DNA from: a virus
Taxonomy: Duplodnaviria; Heunggongvirae; Uroviricota; Caudoviricetes
DNA: 64,000 bases
Virus record (IMG/VR): IMGVR_UViG_3300031414_000001
Span: 304,437 to 368,436 of that record
Reading direction: 5' to 3' (one strand)
The notes beneath the pieces were generated by a model. It was not told where the DNA came from, did no database searches, and worked only from the letters and a program-made list of their open reading frames with translations. Position numbers and translations under genes: made by a program. Shown here in pieces: positions 44,471 to 53,652 of this stretch; position 1 is the stretch's first letter, and every line of letters starts with the position of its first letter.

Positions 44471-46888
44471 TTACCACTCTACGCCTACACCAGCACCCCA
44501 CAGTACTTCAGATTGCGTGTTAGTACTGACAGACACTTTGGTAGTGACACTGTTAGTTACACGAGCACTGAATCCCACTGCTACTGCTTGTTCGCCATCG
44601 TAACCACCGATACCAGCACCTACTGAGAAGTTACCGTTCTGCGTTACTTGTGGGATGTTTGCCATCGCACCAGCACCAGCAATACCAGCACTTGCTACTT
44701 TACGGTTATCACCGATACGTTTATCAACATCAGCGAAACGCTTGTTAGTACTTTGTTCCAGATTGGATACACGACCTTCTACAGAACCAATACGTTGAGT
44801 ATTGCTGGTAATGCGTTGGTCATGTTGTACTAACGTAGCATCGTTAGAATCGATCCGGCTGGACAACTTCGCATCAGCAGATTTGCGTGACGCAGTTTCA
44901 CTTGCCAGTTCTTTCTTACTTGCTTTAGTTGCGATAACTTTATCCTGATTGGAATCAGTTACCGCCTGGTCAGCTTTGTTCTTGTCGATATTCGCTTTCA
45001 GGGCTTTATCCGCATTGGCACGAGTACTAGACTCAGTATCAATGTTCGCCTGAAGGTTTTTATCGGCGTTCTGACGTGACACTGTTTCATCAGCGAGTTC
45101 TTTCTTACTTGCCTTAGTATCAATAATCTTATCCTGATTAGAATCGGTTACTGCTTGGTCGGCTTTGTTCTGATCGATGTTCGCTTTCAGGGCATTGTCA
45201 CCAGCAATACGGTTATCAGTTTCAGTACTGAGATCCTTATCTTGTTTAGCGTCGGTTTTAGCCTGATCCGCTTTGTTCTGATCGATTTTGGCTTGTAACT
45301 GTTTATCAGCATCTTTGCGATCCGCAGTTTCTTTATTCAGGTCGGATTTATCAGCTTTAGTTACAGCAAGACCAACAATCGCAGTATCTTGAGCGGCATC
45401 ATGAATACCCTGTACCACTTTATCAACTGCGTAGGTAGATTTATCTACTTTACTGTCAATAGTAGCATTCTGCTTAGCGTCAGTTTTGGCTTGATCAGAT
45501 TTGTTCTGATCGATATTGTTCTTCAACGCAGTATCAGCATTCTGACGATCAGATACTTCTTTACTAATCGCAGCGTTTTGTTCGTTATCAGTACTGGCCT
45601 GGGCAGATACTGCTTTATTAATCTTGTCGTCAAGTGCTTTATCACCTTTGACACGATCCGCAGTTTCTTTGTTCAGATCGGATTTATCAGCTTTTGATAC
45701 TTCAAGGCCAATGATCGCACCATCTTGTAATGCGTCATGAATACCCTGAACAGCTTTATCGACAGCGTAGGTAGACTTATCTACTTTACCGTTAATAGCC
45801 TGATCTTGTTTGGCATCAGTTTTGACTTGATCCGCTTTGTTCTGATCGATATTGTTCTTCAACGCAGTATCGGCGGTAGCACGAATTTGGGCTTCAGAAT
45901 CAATATTGGATTGAAGTACTTTGTCAGCATCTTTACGTGCTGCTACTTCTTTATCCAGATCAACTTTGTCTGCTTTAGTTACAGCAAGACCAACAATCGC
46001 AGTATCCTGAACAGCATCCTGAACAGCTTGCTTCGCTTTATCAACAGAATACGTAGATTTATCTACCTTGCTATCAATTGCGGCATTTTGCTTCGCGTCG
46101 GTTTTAGCCTGATCCGCTTTGTTTTTATCAATGTTGGATTGAAGTACTTTGTCACCATTTTGGCGATCAGTTACTTCTTTATCCAATGCTGATTGGTCAG
46201 CTTTACCTGCGATAGCAGTATCTTGCTCTGCGTTTTTGGTTTCTACACCATCCAAACGTTCAGCATTGTTAATACTGCGAGTATCCGTTACTTCCAACTG
46301 TTTGTTAGTTTCACGAATAGCACCTTCTGTTGAATCGGCACGATGTTCCAGATCAGTAGCACGGTCATTAGCAGTTTGGGCTGCGTCTTGTACCGCATTG
46401 ATATGGTCATCTTGACCAGCATCGCGGGTTGCCTGAGTTTCTTTGTCAACCAGGTTAGAGGTATCGGCATTTTGACCATCTTTACCATCTACACCGTCAA
46501 CACCATCTTTGCCAGGATCACCTTTGTCACCCTTATCTCCTTTGTCGCCTTTATCACCCTTGTCACCTTTGGTTGGTGAAGTATTGCCACCACCAGTACT
46601 GATAGAGTTGTTAAAGTCGTTCAGGGACGAAGGAACATTACCAGATTTCAAAGAATCCAGCAAAGCTTTCGCTTCTTCTGCTGTACCGTTGAAACGGTTG
46701 TTGAACGTGGAAATGAAACGGGCTTCGTTCCAATTTCCGTTTTCTTTGGCGTTCATCAAGTCCTGAACAGCCGGACCCCATTGATCGCCAGATGATTTCA
46801 ACGATACGGCGGCGTTAGCCATATTAACCGTCATCGCAGATACCATTAAGGCTACTGCCAGCATAATCTTTTTCATTTTGTCACCCAA
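44471..46888 (-). CDS. YadA/Eib-like trimeric autotransporter adhesin
   Basis: signal peptide, collagen-like GDK repeat, coiled-coil stalk repeats, anchor SAGIAGAGAMANIPQV...GAGVGVEW. Confidence 0.9.
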   Translation of the reverse strand: MGDKMKKIMLAVALMVSAMTVNMANAAVSLKSSGDQWGPAVQDLMNAKENGNWNEARFISTFNNRFNGTAEEAKALLDSLKSGNVPSSLNDFNNSISTGGGNTSPTKGDKGDKGDKGDKGDKGDPGKDGVDGVDGKDGQNADTSNLVDKETQATRDAGQDDHINAVQDAAQTANDRATDLEHRADSTEGAIRETNKQLEVTDTRSINNAERLDGVETKNAEQDTAIAGKADQSALDKEVTDRQNGDKVLQSNIDKNKADQAKTDAKQNAAIDSKVDKSTYSVDKAKQAVQDAVQDTAIVGLAVTKADKVDLDKEVAARKDADKVLQSNIDSEAQIRATADTALKNNIDQNKADQVKTDAKQDQAINGKVDKSTYAVDKAVQGIHDALQDGAIIGLEVSKADKSDLNKETADRVKGDKALDDKINKAVSAQASTDNEQNAAISKEVSDRQNADTALKNNIDQNKSDQAKTDAKQNATIDSKVDKSTYAVDKVVQGIHDAAQDTAIVGLAVTKADKSDLNKETADRKDADKQLQAKIDQNKADQAKTDAKQDKDLSTETDNRIAGDNALKANIDQNKADQAVTDSNQDKIIDTKASKKELADETVSRQNADKNLQANIDTESSTRANADKALKANIDKNKADQAVTDSNQDKVIATKASKKELASETASRKSADAKLSSRIDSNDATLVQHDQRITSNTQRIGSVEGRVSNLEQSTNKRFADVDKRIGDNRKVASAGIAGAGAMANIPQVTQNGNFSVGAGIGGYDGEQAVAVGFSARVTNSVTTKVSVSTNTQSEVLWGAGVGVEW
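44900..46260 (-). repeat. internal stalk repeats of the autotransporter
   Basis: recurrent IDQNKADQAKTDAKQ and KVDKSTYAVDK units with near-identical DNA. Confidence 0.8.
46517..46572 (-). repeat. collagen-like (GDK)n repeat
   Basis: KGDKGDKGDKGDKGDKGDPGKDG. Confidence 0.85.
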
Positions 46889-46941
46889 AAGGTAATTGAA
46901 GTTTGAACTACATTTAGGCCGACTCGCTGGCCTTGAACAAC

Positions 46942-46970
46942 ATAATACAGTACTGAAACTATTCCGTCAA
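46942..46970 (-). promoter_or_regulatory. sigma70-type promoter of the autotransporter gene
   Basis: TTGACG-N17-TATTAT. Confidence 0.75.
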
Positions 46971-46991
46971 GGACTTTTTAGAATTATTTTG

Positions 46992-47076
46992 TGGGAATAG
47001 TCGGACTCGAACCGACACGCCATCTCTGGCGGGGGATTTTGAATCCCCTGCGTACTACCAATTTCGCCATATTCCC
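46992..47076 (-). tRNA. trnL: tRNA-Leu(CAA)
   Basis: class II cloverleaf, anticodon CAA. Confidence 0.95.
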
Positions 47077-47125
47077 AATTAAAAAGCCCTTTAATAAGGG
47101 CTTTTATTGTTAAAGATTTTTTTAA

Positions 47126-47500
47126 TTACACTACCTGGATCTTAGTGACGTGAAGACGTTCTGCTTCAATCGGGATACCCGTATGTTCAGATACGTATTC
47201 AGCCAGTTTAGGCAGAATCGCTTCTTCAGTCAGCGGACCGTTTGAGTAGTGATACAGACTCGCAGTGAACTTTTCAGAAGGTTCAGATACGAAGTTGTAC
47301 TCTACATACACAGTGCTAGTACCACTAGGGGCAGTACCTTCCGCTTCAGCAATGATCTCCTGAACCGTTTTGTACTTGCGGGTAGGAGCGATCCAGATAA
47401 TCACGGTGAGAGCACCAGCAAAGATTGCCAATGGAATCTGACCGAACGCGAACAGAAGAATAGTTACAGCGACTAACAGTACTTCGAAGAAATGTTTCAT
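47126..47500 (-). CDS. membrane-anchored hypothetical protein
   Basis: N-terminal TM pair. Confidence 0.75.
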   Translation of the reverse strand: MKHFFEVLLVAVTILLFAFGQIPLAIFAGALTVIIWIAPTRKYKTVQEIIAEAEGTAPSGTSTVYVEYNFVSEPSEKFTASLYHYSNGPLTEEAILPKLAEYVSEHTGIPIEAERLHVTKIQVV

Positions 47501-47714
47501 GTTTTTGTCCTATTAATTAGGTATTCAATTAAGCATCCAGTGATGAACACTCCGATGCCGACAACTGCGATTATAGCACTCTTTGTGACTACCGTCAACA
47601 ACGCAATGAGAATTACAATCGCGATTAGTATTTCGTAGAAGTATTTCATACCTCAACCCCCATATGATAGCGGAGTTTTGGCATTCTGTCAAGCGTTCCC
47701 GCTGTTTTTTTTAC

Positions 47715-48344
47715 TTAGTAACCTGAGACATTGAACATTGTACCGTTCTCGTCGAAGTACGTGACTTCATCAATACTGCCCTGGGCGGCAAATTGATTAT
47801 CACAGGTATGATCACCCTGACCTTCGAAACGGATTTCAACACCTTCAATTGTGAAGCGACATTGATAACCATCAACAACAATAGGAATCGCTGCTTCAGG
47901 AGCAATATTATCTTCACCGCTCGGTATTTCGTATTTAGTACCGTCACTTTCGATGATAATAACATCTTCGTTCGCTTCAACAACCGTACCGAACTTCATC
48001 TGACGTTCAACACTGTACTTGTGCTGTACTTCATTAACGAAGTGTAACTTAGTACCCACAATTGGAATACCAGTATCTTCATTGATGTTAGTATTGTTCC
48101 AGTCTTCATCGTTCATGATGAACGGTGCTGAATGATAGCCATCATCATCCATCCAATCCAGACCAGTACTGACACCTTCCATAATACGGGCAATCAGTTC
48201 TTCTTTGTTCTGAGATTCTGGAAGTTTAAAGTTGAACGTTTCGTTCGTGTAACCATCAGCATCACCATGCATGAATTCCAGTTTAACACGTAAGGTGTTT
48301 TTTGGATTAGCTGATGGTACTGCTGGAGTGAGTTTAACTGGCAT
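47715..48344 (-). CDS. hypothetical protein (MHGDAD family)
   Basis: KLEFMHGDADGY...VTYFDENG, paralog of 58300. Confidence 0.8.
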   Translation of the reverse strand: MPVKLTPAVPSANPKNTLRVKLEFMHGDADGYTNETFNFKLPESQNKEELIARIMEGVSTGLDWMDDDGYHSAPFIMNDEDWNNTNINEDTGIPIVGTKLHFVNEVQHKYSVERQMKFGTVVEANEDVIIIESDGTKYEIPSGEDNIAPEAAIPIVVDGYQCRFTIEGVEIRFEGQGDHTCDNQFAAQGSIDEVTYFDENGTMFNVSGY

Positions 48345-48618
48345 TCGGGAGTACCTTCTTCACGGAGTTAATTGTGCTTTCAACAACATTACCGATTACT
48401 TTGTCCAGTTTAGACATTTCACCAGATTCATAATGATACTTTGGTTTACCATCTTTACCGAGTACCGTGTAACGATCATAAGTCGTCGGATTGATAGACT
48501 TAGATGATTGTTCACGAGCAACAGCAGGGTCAACCATAGTTACACCCGTATGAGTGTAATCTTTCAGACTTTGTACTTTCTCTTTAAAGTACTTTTTCAG
48601 TTCTTCGACAATATACAT
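48334..48618 (-). CDS. hypothetical protein
   Basis: ORF. Confidence 0.75.
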   Translation of the reverse strand: MYIVEELKKYFKEKVQSLKDYTHTGVTMVDPAVAREQSSKSINPTTYDRYTVLGKDGKPKYHYESGEMSKLDKVIGNVVESTINSVKKVLPNAS

Positions 48619-48635
48619 AATATATCCTCAATAAG

Positions 48636-48752
48636 CGGTGAGTGCAGGAATCGAACCTACGGCTTCGGCGTGAAAGGCAATTGTATTGATTGCTGTTAGA
48701 TTCAGTACTGGAATCCATTTTTTACGCTATTTTACCACTAAACTAACTCACC
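48636..48752 (-). tRNA. tRNA(UUC)-like gene with 46-nt CAGCAA insertion
   Basis: acceptor GGTGAGT/ACTCACC G73; insert 48679-48724 = GATTC-CAGTACT-GAATC + ACAGCAA; loop CTTTCAC. Confidence 0.7.
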
Positions 48753-48758
48753 AGATTT

Positions 48759-49115
48759 TTAAGTGCGATTAGGACGTGAGTTTTTGATCAACTCAACACC
48801 CGCAGCAGTACAACGCTCAATCTGAGCATTATACAGTTTCTCTACAACGTCTTTATCAGAACTATGTAGATAGATTTGTTTCAGTTTCGGGAAAGCATTA
48901 CGCTTTAGACGGTGAGTAACCATCATAAGCAAATCAGCCCCCGTATGGGTACGATCACCCAGGAAGTTGTCGAAGTGAAGTACTTCAATTTCTTCATTGT
49001 TATGGAAGATGAAGTTCTTCGCTTCCCACCATTCTTTCAGCCAAACAATACCTTCGGCTTGTTCAGTACTGAGATGGTTCTCTGGATTACGAATATCGTC
49101 TACGTAAACTTTCAT
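48759..49115 (-). CDS. cyclic-phosphate-processing receiver-domain-like protein
   Basis: VYVDDIR...HFDNFLG...TGADL...LHSSD. Confidence 0.6.
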   Translation of the reverse strand: MKVYVDDIRNPENHLSTEQAEGIVWLKEWWEAKNFIFHNNEEIEVLHFDNFLGDRTHTGADLLMMVTHRLKRNAFPKLKQIYLHSSDKDVVEKLYNAQIERCTAAGVELIKNSRPNRT

Positions 49116-49507
49116 TAGTAGTTGTTCTCCTGACTATTATTAATCAGTTCAACACCAGCCGATGCCAGTTCTTCAGAATAGGTTTCAACCAGTTCTTCAA
49201 CCATATCCGAATCCGAGGAATGAAGATAGATCTGTTTCAGATTTACCCATTCTTCTTTCCCGCCCCACATACAATCACCAGCAACCATAAAGAACAAGTC
49301 TTTACCAGTTAGCGTTGGTTCATCCATGTAGTTATCGAAGTGGATCACTTCAATAGTGGCAGAATTTTCGATAAGGAAACGTTTTGCTTCCCACCATTCT
49401 TTGATCCAAACAATACCTTCAGCCTGTTCAGGCGTGAGATAACGTGCTGGATCACGAATGTCATCAATGTATACTTTGGTATTAGACATATTAGTGTCCA
49501 CCGTCAA
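49115..49507 (-). CDS. cyclic-phosphate-processing receiver-domain-like protein (paralog)
   Basis: VYIDDIR...HFDNYM...TGKDL...LHSSD. Confidence 0.6.
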   Translation of the reverse strand: MTVDTNMSNTKVYIDDIRDPARYLTPEQAEGIVWIKEWWEAKRFLIENSATIEVIHFDNYMDEPTLTGKDLFFMVAGDCMWGGKEEWVNLKQIYLHSSDSDMVEELVETYSEELASAGVELINNSQENNY

Positions 49508-49760
49508 CAGTTAAATGATGACCACCAGCCGTGGCAAGAAAGCGATCAGTACCGCAACCACGAGGATCAATATCAGAAACTTTGAAATCAGCTTCACCGA
49601 GATCTACGTAAGTAGTAGTTCCGAAAGTACGGTCAACCCGTAATTCATAAACATGGTCTTGCTGAAGTTCCTGAACACCATTAGCTGGATGTGACTCTGG
49701 AACGATGTGACCGATAATGATACCACCAGGCATAACCTGGATACGTGCTGTCATAGCCAT
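49491..49760 (-). CDS. hypothetical protein
   Basis: ORF downstream of promoter 49790-49818. Confidence 0.75.
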   Translation of the reverse strand: MAMTARIQVMPGGIIIGHIVPESHPANGVQELQQDHVYELRVDRTFGTTTYVDLGEADFKVSDIDPRGCGTDRFLATAGGHHLTVDGGH

Positions 49761-49829
49761 TTCTGTACCCTCATTGATTAAGAGATAGTACTATATCATA
49801 CCGCTTCGTTCCCGTCAAGGAAAATTTAG

Positions 49830-49906
49830 TGCAAGGGGATGGACTCGAACCATCGACACGGAGTTATACTAAGATAATCTTGCTCTACCGTCTGAGCTAC
49901 CCTTGC
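49830..49906 (-). pseudogene. tRNA with aberrant enlarged anticodon arm (TAG-like loop)
   Basis: perfect acceptor, D and T arms; 21 nt instead of 17 in the anticodon arm. Confidence 0.65.
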
Positions 49907-49912
49907 GAAACG

Positions 49913-50215
49913 TTATGAGTAATTCACATAACCGTCATATTTGATATTGATTGCTGGACGTAGGCCACCTTCTGGAATATTAAGGTAGCGATACAATTCA
50001 GGAACAGTTAGTTCGATTGTACGCATTACACTTTTGTTTTCCAGGATAGTACTAACATCATGTAATTCAATACCAACATGAAAATACGGATCTAACTCAG
50101 ATTTGAGTTGTTCAACCGCAGCTTCATCAGAAATGCGACTTTGGTTACAGAAGCGAACAATAGTATGCCAGCCTTCACCAGTTGCTGCGTATTCGAAAAA
50201 TAATACACTTTGCAT
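49913..50215 (-). CDS. hypothetical protein
   Basis: ATG 50215 after GAGG RBS. Confidence 0.7.
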   Translation of the reverse strand: MQSVLFFEYAATGEGWHTIVRFCNQSRISDEAAVEQLKSELDPYFHVGIELHDVSTILENKSVMRTIELTVPELYRYLNIPEGGLRPAINIKYDGYVNYS

Positions 50216-50216
50216 G

Positions 50217-50429
50217 TTATACCTCGACTTCTTCCAGATATTCCATTTCTTCATCACTGAAGAAACAACTATCAGAAACAGCTTTGCCATTTTTGGCGAT
50301 ATAGTAGAATCCATCTTCTTCGATTAATTCTACACCAGTAGTATTCAGTTCTGGAAAATGCTTAAGTAAGTCATCAGCACCGAATACTGTACTCATAAAA
50401 CCATCTAAATCTTTAATTTTAAATGTCAT
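50217..50429 (-). CDS. hypothetical protein
   Basis: ORF. Confidence 0.7.
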   Translation of the reverse strand: MTFKIKDLDGFMSTVFGADDLLKHFPELNTTGVELIEEDGFYYIAKNGKAVSDSCFFSDEEMEYLEEVEV

Positions 50430-50444
50430 ATGTATTCCAATTTG

Positions 50445-50556
50445 TAGAGAGGGCAGGATTCGAACCTGCGTTACGTTCGTATGAATGAAATTTATGGATG
50501 CCGTAAGATTCCATCTGGAATCGCTTTACGTGTCCTAGCCGCTAGACGACCTCTCT
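50445..50556 (-). tRNA. tRNA-like gene with 39-nt CAGCAA-variant insertion
   Basis: acceptor AGAGAGG/CCTCTCT; insert GATTCC-AGAT-GGAATC + ACGGCA; 8-nt loop ATTCATAC after excision. Confidence 0.65.
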
Positions 50557-50562
50557 GTTATT

Positions 50563-50970
50563 TTAGATATAATCCTTAGTCATATCATAGACCGCAGAGT
50601 TAATATCAGCGAACTTCACTTTCCACGGTGCGTAGTACTGTTGAAGGATTTGATCCTTCTTGAACAGTGCTTCAATCGCCGTAATAGCAAATTTCGCATC
50701 TTCAAGAAACTTATCTTTAACTTTCTTGATATACTCAGGTTTCATACCGTCGAAGCCCATAAGATAGGCAACTTCTAATTCACGATATGACGCACCGAGA
50801 TCACCCAAAGGATTTTTCTCACCTTCAGGGAAGCAGAAGCGATAGACTTCTTCACACGTCTGTTTCAGACGTTCTTCGGCTTTAGCTTCTTTACCGTACT
50901 TCTCAAAGAAGATTTCAGCAGGTGGATAAGTCTTTACATTCTTCATCCACGTGTCGATTAACTCATTCAT
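50563..50970 (-). CDS. hypothetical protein
   Basis: ATG 50970. Confidence 0.75.
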   Translation of the reverse strand: MNELIDTWMKNVKTYPPAEIFFEKYGKEAKAEERLKQTCEEVYRFCFPEGEKNPLGDLGASYRELEVAYLMGFDGMKPEYIKKVKDKFLEDAKFAITAIEALFKKDQILQQYYAPWKVKFADINSAVYDMTKDYI

Positions 50971-51790
50971 AGCTTTTCTCCGTAAAACCAGGTACAGAAG
51001 CGATGTTTTCAACTTCTTGAGTCATATCAAGAATTTCAGCACCACGAATCGGTGACGTTACCGGAATGTTAGCCAAAGAATGAAGTACTGCCATCATTTC
51101 ATGCCATGATTCTTCTTTAGCGATGTAGTAAGAATGGCTCTGGCGATAACGGTTAATATACTCGTTACACAACGCCATGAACTCACCTTTCCAGAACACC
51201 AGAATGGTAGCATCACCGTACTTACGATCTTGATCCGTATCATCATAAACAATACGAAGTTCAAGTTCTTCGGGTTTCTTTTCTGGATAACAGAACAGTT
51301 CATGTAAGTTACACGTCAGTTCATAGTCATCATTAATGCCGTGATATTCTTCAAATGTTTCCTGGAGAATATCAAGTTCAGCATCACCCAGCTTAGGAGC
51401 TTTCAGCAAATCATCCCACGTTGGCATAACCAACTCAATAGGCGTGAATGCAGAAGTTTCAATATAACGGGTTTCTGGTAAGAAATCTACCATTTCGTCA
51501 TCACTGAATCCAGTACTGAGGAATGTATGCCATCCCTGTTCCTGAATGTGTTGAAACACTTCATGCTGAAGATCATCACCCGCTGGATAAACGAAAGTAT
51601 TAGTATCAGAGAAGCTTACCAATACATCAGTTTTAGAATTCGGAAGAACAATCGGATGTACACATAAGAATTTTTTCTCTGCGATCATACGATTGTAGAA
51701 TTTAGAGTTCCGACGACTTTTGCTGTAATACTCTTTGAAACCAGTGATGAACTTCTCAAGTACTGTCATGATACAATCCTTAATAATCAA
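50963..51790 (-). CDS. hypothetical protein
   Basis: ORF. Confidence 0.8.
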   Translation of the reverse strand: MIIKDCIMTVLEKFITGFKEYYSKSRRNSKFYNRMIAEKKFLCVHPIVLPNSKTDVLVSFSDTNTFVYPAGDDLQHEVFQHIQEQGWHTFLSTGFSDDEMVDFLPETRYIETSAFTPIELVMPTWDDLLKAPKLGDAELDILQETFEEYHGINDDYELTCNLHELFCYPEKKPEELELRIVYDDTDQDRKYGDATILVFWKGEFMALCNEYINRYRQSHSYYIAKEESWHEMMAVLHSLANIPVTSPIRGAEILDMTQEVENIASVPGFTEKSYE

Positions 51791-51998
51791 CAGATTTTAC
51801 GAAAAGAATTCCCCAAATTACAAGCACGAGAACCCAAAGGAAAGATAATCCACCAGCACCAATGCTGAACCACAAACGTTGGTCTTCAGACATATAGTAC
51901 CAATGACCCACAGGCTGATGAACAACAACCAAGATAGTTATGATTATTGCTGCCAGAAATGTAGCTAAAGCAGTAATTACAGCATGAATTGGTTTCAT
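51780..51998 (-). CDS. small membrane protein
   Basis: two TM segments, ATG 51998. Confidence 0.7.
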   Translation of the reverse strand: MKPIHAVITALATFLAAIIITILVVVHQPVGHWYYMSEDQRLWFSIGAGGLSFLWVLVLVIWGILFVKSVDY

Positions 51999-52065
51999 GG
52001 GTTTTTCCTGTTCAATTAATATAGACAGTACTTTATCACATAGATTCGGTACTGTCAAGGACATT

Positions 52066-52509
52066 TTACTGATCCAGCAATTCGAGGTCATAAAGCATTT
52101 TTGCCAGTTCAGCAAAATCAGAATGACCATTAATTACATGGGTGAATACAAACTGCCCTTTTGGTGTAACACGCCAGATTTGCCCTGGATGTTCAGTTAG
52201 ATAGCGGTTTTCTTCGCCATCAGGCCATACCAAATTCATAGTACGTACTGAGAAGTCATCGTAGACAAAATCTACAATGGTAATATCAGTACGGTTCTGC
52301 CAGTTGAAAGAGAATGCTTGTGTTTCTTCCACAAGTAACTCAGTGTTCTGAGCAAAACATAGACACATCATTTCGTTGTTATCTTCTTCGTATGGGAAAC
52401 GAATTTCTTGACTTTTCGAATAGTCGATGAAGGTCAAAAACTTCGCATCGAATGTGAAGATTTCACAATTCTCCGTTACCAGAGAAACGGTTTTTAATAC
52501 TTTTGACAT
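52066..52509 (-). CDS. hypothetical protein
   Basis: ORF. Confidence 0.75.
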   Translation of the reverse strand: MSKVLKTVSLVTENCEIFTFDAKFLTFIDYSKSQEIRFPYEEDNNEMMCLCFAQNTELLVEETQAFSFNWQNRTDITIVDFVYDDFSVRTMNLVWPDGEENRYLTEHPGQIWRVTPKGQFVFTHVINGHSDFAELAKMLYDLELLDQ

Positions 52510-52567
52510 GATTAATCCTCTTGGGTAATAATTAAGGGCATCTAGTGATGCCCTTCTTCAATAGAGG

Positions 52568-52834
52568 TTAGAAATCGTCGATGATGCGGATAGTATCAGC
52601 GTTTGGATTATCAGCAAAAATCTTCGCGAAGATTGCGGTAATCATTTCATTACTGAACGTTTCGCCACGATGAACAGAGTAAGACCCTGAACCATCTTGA
52701 CCATAGATTTCTTCTTGCTGACATGCATCACACACATCATTCCATTCGAACCCCAACATTTCACCAACAACGTTAATATCGCTGTTGTCCATAGTGTATG
52801 AAGGTTCAATTACAAAAGTTGGCTCTGCTGGCAT
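52568..52834 (-). CDS. hypothetical protein
   Basis: ORF. Confidence 0.75.
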   Translation of the reverse strand: MPAEPTFVIEPSYTMDNSDINVVGEMLGFEWNDVCDACQQEEIYGQDGSGSYSVHRGETFSNEMITAIFAKIFADNPNADTIRIIDDF

Positions 52835-53064
52835 TATTTCACCTTAACGGCGGTACGAGCCGCATCGTAGTACTTGTTGACTTTGTTACGATACGCAATA
52901 GCAGTATCGAATTCAGTACTGTCAACATCATCTTTCATCGAACGAACACCTTCTTCGTCGTAATGATAGAAGTTTTTGTTGATCTGTGCCAGTACTGAGG
53001 TGCGGTGGTTTTTCAGACGCTGAAGATTCATTTTCTTCAGTACTTCATCTTCTACAATTTTCAT
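52834..53064 (-). CDS. hypothetical protein
   Basis: ORF. Confidence 0.75.
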   Translation of the reverse strand: MKIVEDEVLKKMNLQRLKNHRTSVLAQINKNFYHYDEEGVRSMKDDVDSTEFDTAIAYRNKVNKYYDAARTAVKVK

Positions 53065-53357
53065 GGTTTCGCCATATTAATTTTACAATCGGTATTAACG
53101 ATCATGACCCATTCGCCATCATCATTAATCATTGTGAGTTCTTTCTTATCCTTAGATAAAGTAAACTCTTTCGTGTAAACATAGTCGAAGCGACCGCAGT
53201 TCAGACGGAAGTACTTATATCCAGGCTTGATAGTGTAGGTAGTACCTACATCAGAAGGTGCTACAGTCGCAGAACTGGAAGCTTTATCATCTGCCAGTAC
53301 TGAACTGGAGAGCACTGCTAACAGTGCTCCGAGGATGAATTTATTCAACTTCTTCAT
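53061..53357 (-). CDS. secreted hypothetical protein
   Basis: signal-peptide-like MKKLNKFILGALLAVLSSSVLA. Confidence 0.7.
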   Translation of the reverse strand: MKKLNKFILGALLAVLSSSVLADDKASSSATVAPSDVGTTYTIKPGYKYFRLNCGRFDYVYTKEFTLSKDKKELTMINDDGEWVMIVNTDCKINMAKP

Positions 53358-53652
53358 CAGCATCACCTTCTGCTTCTTCGGCTTCAGCCTTTTCATGGTT
53401 ACGCTGGACTGCGAGTTTGAATTCTTCAGACTCCAGTACTTCATCGTCGCCATATACCAGTTCCCACTGACCAGAACCATACGCTTCATCGTAATTGCTG
53501 TGTTTCCAGTCTGAACCGATACCCATATCGTGCTTGCCCCAGGAAGTGTTGCTACTGAGATGGCTTGCTACAACATCGCCGTCTTCAGTCAGTGCTAACA
53601 TCTGGACGCCGAACGGATGTTCAGCATAAGGAATTACAAAGATCTTTTTCAT
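53341..53652 (-). CDS. hypothetical protein
   Basis: ORF; ASHLSS..WGKHDMG. Confidence 0.75.
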   Translation of the reverse strand: MKKIFVIPYAEHPFGVQMLALTEDGDVVASHLSSNTSWGKHDMGIGSDWKHSNYDEAYGSGQWELVYGDDEVLESEEFKLAVQRNHEKAEAEEAEGDADEEVE

